Below, piece after piece: positions 10,222-17,859 of a stretch of DNA of 64,000 nt. A program made the translations under genes and the position numbers. The stretch comes from Thermoplasmata archaeon (GTDB lineage Archaea > Thermoplasmatota > Thermoplasmata > GCA-020350865): contig CP070751.1 in the NCBI GenBank assembly GCA_020348445.1, positions 2,549,252-2,613,251 of the forward strand. The letters are read 5' to 3'. Within the stretch, counting starts at the first letter, position 1, and each line of letters begins with the position of its first letter. The notes beneath the pieces were generated by a model. It saw only the letters and a list, made by a program, of their open reading frames with translations. It did no database searches and was not told the origin of the DNA.

Positions 10222-11223
10222 ATGGAAAATAAAACACAGATGGGATTGTTATTGATTATAATAGGCATGTTGCTCGCCATCTTTTCAACTCTGGGAAGCA
10301 TCGCAGCATCCAGTTTGGGAGGTTCAGGCCTTTCACCGGGGGCGCTAATACCAGGAATCCTGGGTTTCTTTGCTTTCATTCTCATGCTGGCAGGATGGAT
10401 CCTCATGATCACTGGTAGGAGGGAGTTCGGTGATAAACACTCCCAATTTGTTGTTTACTCAATAATTGCCCTTATAATTGGTTTTTTTATAGTGATAGTT
10501 GGATCGATGATATCTGCATTTGCTGGAATCTCAAGCGGTGTGGAGAACGGAGAGGCAGAAGTCACATTTGATTACATTGCCATGGCCAAAGCCATGAAGA
10601 CAGGGATGATCATTTCATTTGTAGGTAGTTTATTGATTACCATTGGGTCAATTTTACTTGTATACAATCTCGAGAATGACATTGGTAAGAAAGTCCTCTA
10701 TATCGCTTTCATCGTTTCAATTGTAGTCTCGATAGCGGTGATTATTTATACCCTACCATTATTAGATGACCTAGCCGAAAAACTGGAAGGTACGCCAGAA
10801 GATGATCGAGAGGACGAATTCTACGAAGGTATTGGTGACATCAGTTTGATAGAGGGCCTAGGTGTTATAGGCTCAGTAATTCTTTTAATTGGATATTTCA
10901 TCCCTTATAATCGTATAAAGAAAGGGGAGTTAGAACCTGTCCCACCGCCCACCGACACCCAAGGAATGCCTCCATATCCATCGTACCCATACCAACCATA
11001 TCCGCCTTATCAACCATCCCCAGGACAGCCCCCTGGTGCCCCCGTGGAAGGTGAGCCAAAACCCGATGGAGAGGTTACACAGCCTGAGCCCACCCCTGAT
11101 GGTGCAGTACAACCAAAAGCCGTTACGCCGGAGCCGATAGAGACAAAGTATTGCAGATTTTGTGGAACTCAGATTCCAATGGAAAGCACTGTATGTCCTG
11201 TTTGTAATAAAACTCTGACATAA
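10222..11223 (+). CDS. Multi-pass membrane protein with Pro/Tyr/Gln-rich linker and C-terminal zinc ribbon
   Basis: About 6 hydrophobic helices, PPYPSYPYQPYPPYQP linker, CRFC...CPVC. Confidence 0.7.
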   Translation: MENKTQMGLLLIIIGMLLAIFSTLGSIAASSLGGSGLSPGALIPGILGFFAFILMLAGWILMITGRREFGDKHSQFVVYSIIALIIGFFIVIVGSMISAFAGISSGVENGEAEVTFDYIAMAKAMKTGMIISFVGSLLITIGSILLVYNLENDIGKKVLYIAFIVSIVVSIAVIIYTLPLLDDLAEKLEGTPEDDREDEFYEGIGDISLIEGLGVIGSVILLIGYFIPYNRIKKGELEPVPPPTDTQGMPPYPSYPYQPYPPYQPSPGQPPGAPVEGEPKPDGEVTQPEPTPDGAVQPKAVTPEPIETKYCRFCGTQIPMESTVCPVCNKTLT

Positions 11224-11268
11224 AGCATTACCGAATGCAAACATAAAATAACATAGGGCGGGGGAAGG

Positions 11269-11378
11269 GTGTGTCCGAGATTAAGATTAAAGTTGAATAA
11301 TAACATAACTCGGACACACAGCCATTTTGTGGTGTCTGAGCTTAAGACAAAATTGATGTATTAGTATAACTTGAACAC
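11269..11378. repeat. Two tandem ~50-bp palindromic units (period ~61 bp)
   Basis: Perfect 11-bp inverted repeat GTGTGTCCGAG (11269-11279) / CTCGGACACAC (11309-11319); degenerate second copy at 11332-11378. Confidence 0.8.
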
Positions 11379-11418
11379 AAGTCCCCCGCATCGCATTCAA
11401 TTTAAAAATAATTTAAGG

Positions 11419-11544
11419 TGCGGGGGAAGGGATTCGAACCCTTGAACCACTTCTGGACAGGATGTCCAAACAAGGCGCGTAAATTGAACCCTTACACCTA
11501 GGATCTTAAGTCCTGCGCCGTTGGCCATGCTTGGCTACCCCCGC
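11419..11544 (-). tRNA. tRNA-Leu(UAA) with 41-nt insert/intron (nominally 37/38, 11464-11504)
   Basis: GCGGGGG/CCCCCGC acceptor stem, CAGGA-CTTAAGA-TCCTG anticodon arm after removing the insert, CCA-GAAG-TGG variable arm, GGTTCGAATCC T-arm. Confidence 0.9.
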
Positions 11545-11891
11545 ATTTAAGCGGATTCCACCTGAGGGGGTAGCCAAGTTCACTTCCCAAGGAAACCAAA
11601 GCATTTATCATCGAATTGTGGTTTCCTGGGCACAGAGGGGTCTGAAGGACAACTCTAGTGGGCTACCCCTGCATTATGGCAGCACAACCAAAAGGTATAA
11701 GCATAGAGGTTTTTTGTTTTTTCTATTCGAGAGGGATTTTCAGGGATGTTTAAATGCCAGATTTGACCATGTGAACCTGGAAAAAACCCAAAAAAACCAA
11801 AAATTAATGTATATGTTCGGGTATAATAAGATGTTTAAGATATCAATCTGGAGGTATTTACGTAAGCGATATAACCCAAGCTCTCTCAAAT

Positions 11892-12641
11892 GTGGCGTAT
11901 CAAACCTATGAAAAGAGGCTACTTAAGGAGGTCCAAGAGGGACCTATCCCAAAACACATAGCCATTATAATGGACGGCAACAGGAGGTTTGCCAGGGAAT
12001 TGGGTATTGAACCAACAGATGGGCATCTTAAGGGTAAGGATAAACTGGAGGAGGTAACTGATTGGTGCCTGGAAGTAGGGGTTAAGATCCTCACTGTATT
12101 TGCATTCTCCACAGAGAATCTGAAGAGAAAGACCCAGGAAATAGACAAGCTAATGGCGCTATTTACAGAAAATTTTCGAAGGGCCGGTGATGATGAAAGG
12201 GCTCATAAACATGGAATAAGAGTGAGAGCCTTGGGACAGAGGAACCTATTACCAAAAGAGGTCCAGGATGCCATAGCCTATGCCGAGGAAAAAACAAAGG
12301 ATTACGATAATTACTTCTTCAATATCGCCGTGGCCTACGGTAGCAGGGAGGAGATATTAAGGGCCATCAAAAACATTGCAGATGATGTAAAGAACGGAAA
12401 CCTGAATTCCGATGATATTGATGAGAAGGTATTTTCTTCTTATCTTTATACAGCTGATCTACCAGACCCTGATCTTGTGCTTCGGACATCTGGTGAGGAG
12501 AGGGTATCAAACTTCCTTTTATGGCAGTTGGCATACTCAGAACTGTATTTTGCTGACATATACTGGCCTGGATTTAGAAAAGTAGAGTTTCTTAGGGCGA
12601 TTAGATCTTACCAGAAGAGACAGAGAAGATTTGGTACGTAA
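11892..12641 (+). CDS. uppS: cis-prenyltransferase (polyprenyl diphosphate synthase)
   Basis: HIAIIMDGNRR, FSTEN, RTSGEERVSNFLLWQ, RRFG C-terminus. Confidence 0.96.
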   Translation: MAYQTYEKRLLKEVQEGPIPKHIAIIMDGNRRFARELGIEPTDGHLKGKDKLEEVTDWCLEVGVKILTVFAFSTENLKRKTQEIDKLMALFTENFRRAGDDERAHKHGIRVRALGQRNLLPKEVQDAIAYAEEKTKDYDNYFFNIAVAYGSREEILRAIKNIADDVKNGNLNSDDIDEKVFSSYLYTADLPDPDLVLRTSGEERVSNFLLWQLAYSELYFADIYWPGFRKVEFLRAIRSYQKRQRRFGT

Positions 12642-12716
12642 ATTGTCCATCAATTTTCATCCCATGACAGTTTTTTTTTATCTTTGTCAATCGCAATATC
12701 CCAAAATATGGAGTTT

Positions 12717-14801
12717 CTAACTCACGATCTGGAAAAGATTCCTTTTCAAAAAATTTCCAAGATCTTTTTGACAATACCCGCATTCTGTAATTCCCTCCTC
12801 TATTGAATTGTGTAAACAATGTACGTGATAAGGCTTTTTGCATTGAATGCAGGGCATCTCGCAAAGGTCCTTGGTTTCCACAACAGGTTGCGTTAAAAGA
12901 GGAAGGCCACATACTGGACATTCTTTTTGACCGCATATTAAACATTTGAACAAGGATGTATTCCATAAAGATAAAGAAAGCCTATTTATTGCATCAACTA
13001 AAAACATACTGGGGGCCCAAGATTTCAATATATCAGTAAAAAAGGCTTTTACAGATTCCTTAAGTTCTAGATCACCAATATCGACTAAAATCTCGGGGGG
13101 AACAAGTGGGTAGGCCTGTGGGACCTTGATATTTAACTGGATCCGTTTAATTTTGGGTGCTGCTTCCCCTAAAATATCTCCCGTAGACGAGGGAACTGGT
13201 ATTGTAACCTTATATCCACCATCCACTACCTCAAAATCTTCAGTAACCAATCTCAGTAGTAATTCTTCGAACTCTCTTCTATATATATTATTTATGACCT
13301 GGGAGAGGTTCCGAAGAACATCCATTATCCTCTTTTGCGGTTTCTTGGGCCATTTTTTGATTCCCTCCAGTTCCTCTATATCCAAGCCTTTCAGTTCTTT
13401 AGGTAAAGTTACCACAGGGGGAGAGGGGTATCCTCTTAAATCCATATCGATATCGATAAATTTCGGTCCATATGTTGATATCCTTATAAGGAACCTGTTC
13501 TTGCTCAATCTTTCGGCTCGATACTCCCTTTTGATGACCTCGAATTCACTTTCTATCATGGAATCCTCCACCAGCCTAACCTCTATACCCTGTAGAATAT
13601 CCACGAGATTAGGTGTAAACACATCCTCCCAGTGCTTCAATTTCTTGAAGATTTCTTCAATACCGCGGATCCTGATCAACAGATCATCAGTGAAGGTTAT
13701 GGATGGTTTTTTCGGGAACTCCTTATAATTTATGGTAACGGGATAGATGTTGTAAATCCCAGCATCCAGACATGAAAGGTAGACTACTACATGATACATT
13801 TTATCTCCGACCAACTCCAAAGAGAAATTGTTGGAAAGGTCCAGATACTGCGAAATCGCCTCCTCGTTCTCGAAGGAATCTTCAGTGGCTTCTGCATCTG
13901 GTATCTCAAAATCGTAAGATGGCTCAATTTCAAAAAATGTTTCAGGAAGAACCTCCTTTACCTCAAACACCTCTTCTGAATCGATATCTGAGGATTGTGG
14001 AGTTACCTCGATAAATTCCCCCTCAGGTAGAACCTCGACAACCTCTTCATTTTTCTCTTCACTTGACTTTTTACCATTTTCAATTTCCTTTACCTCGGAT
14101 TGCTTATCCTCCCTCTCAGGATCTTCTTCCTTTATTTCTTCAGATGGTTTTATCCTGGATTGTATATTATAAAGCACATCCACAAGTCTTGGAGGGGACT
14201 TGGGATCCCAGTTGTTCAGATTTTCAAGCAATTCATCTAAACCGTCGATATTCACAAGGAGCTCATCAGTAAAGGAGAAGGTTGGCTTTTTTGGGTAATA
14301 TTCAAAATCTATATTGACAAAGTACTGCTCACCGTCTGGCGAGTTTAAAAACACCGAGATGTCCCTGATGCTGCCGTCGATTAAAGCCAAAGAGAATTCA
14401 TCACTTAATTCAAGATACTGGTTGTAGATCTCTTCAGGTATCAGGCTGACCTCTACAGCGGTCTCTTTACCAGGCTCGAGATCTAAAGGAACGGGAATGT
14501 AGCAATGGGGGCATATTCTCTCTGCACCGTCGACACCAGATATGGCATTAAAATACTGCTCGATGCAACCCTTATGGAAGGCCACACCGCATATATGTTC
14601 GTAATCGGCACCACCCCGCCTGCAGATAGCACATTCTTTTGTTTTTTGCACAACAGTTCTTAGTTTGTGCTGGAATCCGGATTCCACGTCCTTTTCTGAT
14701 GATCGAGAAAATTTATTTTTTGGTACCCATATGGGAATCATAGGTATAAGAAATGACAAAGCGCAAATTTTTTTAGATAACAAGGATGGGAAACCTATCA
14801 T
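12717..14801 (-). CDS. Putative RING E3 ligase: RING-like / four UBC-like (RWD/UEV) repeats / C4HC3 RING (FANCL-like)
   Basis: N-terminal CxxC...HxC-x4-HxxC...CxxC; four (Y/F)P..P plus W..L.D(V/I)L repeats without a catalytic Cys; C-terminal CPVC...CIQCKKPYHVHC...CGYC; exact start uncertain. Confidence 0.8.
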   Translation of the reverse strand: MIGFPSLLSKKICALSFLIPMIPIWVPKNKFSRSSEKDVESGFQHKLRTVVQKTKECAICRRGGADYEHICGVAFHKGCIEQYFNAISGVDGAERICPHCYIPVPLDLEPGKETAVEVSLIPEEIYNQYLELSDEFSLALIDGSIRDISVFLNSPDGEQYFVNIDFEYYPKKPTFSFTDELLVNIDGLDELLENLNNWDPKSPPRLVDVLYNIQSRIKPSEEIKEEDPEREDKQSEVKEIENGKKSSEEKNEEVVEVLPEGEFIEVTPQSSDIDSEEVFEVKEVLPETFFEIEPSYDFEIPDAEATEDSFENEEAISQYLDLSNNFSLELVGDKMYHVVVYLSCLDAGIYNIYPVTINYKEFPKKPSITFTDDLLIRIRGIEEIFKKLKHWEDVFTPNLVDILQGIEVRLVEDSMIESEFEVIKREYRAERLSKNRFLIRISTYGPKFIDIDMDLRGYPSPPVVTLPKELKGLDIEELEGIKKWPKKPQKRIMDVLRNLSQVINNIYRREFEELLLRLVTEDFEVVDGGYKVTIPVPSSTGDILGEAAPKIKRIQLNIKVPQAYPLVPPEILVDIGDLELKESVKAFFTDILKSWAPSMFLVDAINRLSLSLWNTSLFKCLICGQKECPVCGLPLLTQPVVETKDLCEMPCIQCKKPYHVHCLHNSIEEGITECGYCQKDLGNFLKRNLFQIVS

Positions 14802-14915
14802 GAAAGTGCCTCTTCTTTAATCAAAATAACCGCATAAGCGCAATAAAAAGTTTTCCATTGGATTTTACTGCTGTGTTTTAAATATCAGATATAAATTCTT
14901 ATCTCAAATAAAAAA

Positions 14916-16082
14916 TCAAAGTTCTATCCCGCAGTTTGCGCAGCTTGAATCACCTGGCATTATGGAATCATATCCACAGAATTCGCATTTAGCGGCTTTC
15001 TTGCGCTTTTCCTTCTTATGATCCTTTTTTAGCTTATCAATTGCCTTGTCCGTGGATTTTTGGTGCGACTCCAGTTTAATGCCCACAGATTGCATATCTT
15101 TTTGTATCTTCTGGACGAACTTACCCATTTCATCGATGGTCTTCTCCAGATTCTCCACCTTTTCAGTTAAAACGTGTTTCGGCCTCGCGTATTCCTCCTT
15201 GTACTCAAGAACCAATGGATAGCCCTCAGCAAGAAGCATTGTAGCTTCCACCATACAATCCAATACATCCTGTATGATATGCTCTACCTCAACATTCTCT
15301 ATCTCGACAAACTCCGATTTCTCCCCCAACTCAGGTGATTTTAACCTGAAAATCTTCAGATATTCATTGAGTTGAATTCCTTCTTTGAATTTAGATGGAT
15401 CAAAGACTATTGCCACGGCTTTGGGATTCAAGGATTGGTAGCCAGAGTGATTGACCCTGTCCACAGGGGATAAAAACAGCCCATGGCCTGGGTGCGTGTG
15501 ATACCATCCAACAATCCAGTTTTCATCTGTCAGGTCTTGGTTTATCTCGTCGGCTTTGGCATAGTGCTCATTTTGGAATTCTACCTCAACCAAACTACCG
15601 TGAACAATGGGAATTGCATCCATTATCTGTACTTTGGAATCGTCCACATTCCCAACGAGAAATCCCATGCATTCCACCCAATCCTTTCGTGGTGCCTTGG
15701 GATTGGAAAACCTCATTCCATGCCTAAGCACTTTGTTCAAGGCCCTATAACTGATTAAAACCTTTTCCTTTTCTTTTGGGGGGATCTCCTCCTTTTCCTC
15801 TAATGCCCCTTTCATAGCAACTTCTTGTATATCAGTTTCAGCCAGTTCATCAAGCTCTGATAGATAATCGTCTATTTCTTTCTCTTTCTTTTCCTCCATT
15901 TCCTTGGGCCTTTGCTCGATTTTCTCTTCTTTCTTTTCCTCGATTTCTTTGGGCTCTTTTTCTATCTCTTCCTCAATTTCCCTGGGTTCTTTTTCTATTT
16001 CTTCCCTCAATTGGGAGGACTCCTTTTTGAGCTTCCTTTTAGATTTCTTTCTTTTGACCTTAATCCTCTTTTTCTTAGGCAT
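14916..16082 (-). CDS. JAB/MPN+ (JAMM) metalloprotease, Rpn11-like (start revised to MPKKK at 16082)
   Basis: E..MGFLVG plus GWYHTHPGHGLFLSPVD (E-xn-HxH-x7-S-x2-D); charged N-terminus; coiled coil plus CxxC-CxxC C-terminus. Confidence 0.92.
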   Translation of the reverse strand: MPKKKRIKVKRKKSKRKLKKESSQLREEIEKEPREIEEEIEKEPKEIEEKKEEKIEQRPKEMEEKKEKEIDDYLSELDELAETDIQEVAMKGALEEKEEIPPKEKEKVLISYRALNKVLRHGMRFSNPKAPRKDWVECMGFLVGNVDDSKVQIMDAIPIVHGSLVEVEFQNEHYAKADEINQDLTDENWIVGWYHTHPGHGLFLSPVDRVNHSGYQSLNPKAVAIVFDPSKFKEGIQLNEYLKIFRLKSPELGEKSEFVEIENVEVEHIIQDVLDCMVEATMLLAEGYPLVLEYKEEYARPKHVLTEKVENLEKTIDEMGKFVQKIQKDMQSVGIKLESHQKSTDKAIDKLKKDHKKEKRKKAAKCEFCGYDSIMPGDSSCANCGIEL

Positions 16083-16611
16083 AATTCTGTGTCCACTCCT
16101 TGGCCTTATTATCGAATTCATCTTTATTGTATTTATACTGGGCTCCAGCCTCTCTGTTTAGGGGATCGTCCGGATTGAAGAAAGGAGGATAGCAATGTAT
16201 CATGAGTTTCAGACATTCAATGAGCATGGACAAATCTTTTGTGGGTGTCCATCCCATGGTTTTACTCTCGGGATCCACCTTCCCTATCCTGTCCGGGTTA
16301 ATGATATCAAAACATACATTGTCCTTCCAAAAGCTCTGTGTCGGAGGGGCTCTGTTGATGTCTATATTGGGATGCCATATTCTGGTATGGCAGAACACGC
16401 CTGGTGGATAGAACGGGTAATTGTTGAAGGTCTTGATCTCGAAAACGAACCTTCCGTCTTCATAGGGTGTTTCCTCTGCGCCATAAATCGTAACCTTCAA
16501 ATGACCAACGAAAGACGCCCCAGGCCAAAGCTCTATTATAACGTATCTATCATTCTGAAAGCGTTGCAAGGCTTCAAAATAATCCCTCTCTATGCGCTCG
16601 AAATCCGCCAA
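16075..16611 (-). CDS. Ubiquitin-conjugating enzyme E2 (UBC)
   Basis: TPYEDG.F...YPFYPP...TRIWHPNI...VCFDII...WTP...PDDPLN.EA, canonical E2 motifs with catalytic Cys. Confidence 0.95.
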   Translation of the reverse strand: MADFERIERDYFEALQRFQNDRYVIIELWPGASFVGHLKVTIYGAEETPYEDGRFVFEIKTFNNYPFYPPGVFCHTRIWHPNIDINRAPPTQSFWKDNVCFDIINPDRIGKVDPESKTMGWTPTKDLSMLIECLKLMIHCYPPFFNPDDPLNREAGAQYKYNKDEFDNKAKEWTQNYA

Positions 16612-16613
16612 TA

Positions 16614-17849
16614 CTAGCCCTCCATCTCAATAATGAACTCAGCTTGTTCTCGCTTCAGTTTGCCGTTTTCATCGACAGATGTGTATGTGGCTCTGAGTAT
16701 ATCACGATTTTGGATTGGTAGATCAGACAATCTACTTCCCATGATGTCTTGGCCGGGAGCTGCGATCACTGATCCATCTATGATCTTGGTGATCAAGACC
16801 GTCTCTTTCAAATCCACTCCTTCTTTTTTAAGCGATGATAACATATCAGCAAAAGTAGAATCACTCTTCATTTTAAGGCTCAATTTCACCCTTTCCTTTC
16901 CGCATACAGCACAATTCTCATCCTTGGAGATTTCCACAGGGGTGAATATCCCGTAAGAAGAGCTATATTCAAGATATGAGGGTGACATTATCTCACCAAT
17001 ATTAAGGCCCGAAAGGCGGTGAAGGATTTTCAGCACCTCATGGGAGACTATAGCCGATATGACCGCATTGACAGTCAATATGGAAGGGATTTTGTTCTCT
17101 ATTATATTCTCCACCTCATGGGGCATGAATTCTTCGGCCTTCGTATGCGGGGATTCCTTTGAAAGCCTGGATGCGATTTTCGCAATCATATCAAGTTCCT
17201 TGTCTGAATATTCTTTATGAATACCATGCTCTTTTACGAACTCGTCCTCAGCCTTGAGTATACACTGCTCCCGGCTTCGGGGTTCGCCTGGGATAGAACA
17301 AGCAACGTACACCTTTTCATCTGCTGGAGGTATGGGAAAGAAGCATCGAAGACAGGGAGTTGCATCTTTTAAGAGAGGATCACCTTCCGGGATTATCACC
17401 TGGACATTTCCCTTGAAACCAGTTGCAGCTCCATCAACATATGGCTTGCACAATTCATGTGCCAACCTGTTTAAAGCGAACCTTGCGGAAAAAGAGTCCA
17501 GGCCTCCTGCAATGAGATCCACACCCTCGAATACACTCATTGGTAAATCTTGAAATTTTTGGGTATAGGTTTCGATACTAACATCCGGATTTAGAATCTT
17601 CAGTTTTTCTTTGGCTACCTCAGCTTTGAGTCTGCCTCTATCATTGTCAGTAAAAAGCATCTGCCTCGAAAGGTTCGAGGTCTCGATAGTATCCATGTCT
17701 ATCAAAATTAGATTCCCAACACCCACTAAAGCAAGGTTCTTTGCAATCTCACAACCCAATGCCCCTATACCAACGATTAGCACATGGGAAGAAGAAATGA
17801 CGTCTTGGTCCCAACCCTCAAGGGAAAGATGTCTGGCATACCTTGCCAT
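16614..17849 (-). CDS. Ubiquitin-activating enzyme E1, Uba3/Uba2-like single chain (start revised to MARY at 17849)
   Basis: YARH, GIGALG, DMDTIETSNLSRQMLF, CLRC and CAVC Zn pairs, catalytic CSIPGEPRSREQC, C-terminal UFD-sized domain. Confidence 0.93.
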   Translation of the reverse strand: MARYARHLSLEGWDQDVISSSHVLIVGIGALGCEIAKNLALVGVGNLILIDMDTIETSNLSRQMLFTDNDRGRLKAEVAKEKLKILNPDVSIETYTQKFQDLPMSVFEGVDLIAGGLDSFSARFALNRLAHELCKPYVDGAATGFKGNVQVIIPEGDPLLKDATPCLRCFFPIPPADEKVYVACSIPGEPRSREQCILKAEDEFVKEHGIHKEYSDKELDMIAKIASRLSKESPHTKAEEFMPHEVENIIENKIPSILTVNAVISAIVSHEVLKILHRLSGLNIGEIMSPSYLEYSSSYGIFTPVEISKDENCAVCGKERVKLSLKMKSDSTFADMLSSLKKEGVDLKETVLITKIIDGSVIAAPGQDIMGSRLSDLPIQNRDILRATYTSVDENGKLKREQAEFIIEMEG

Positions 17850-17859
17850 ATCTTTTTTA

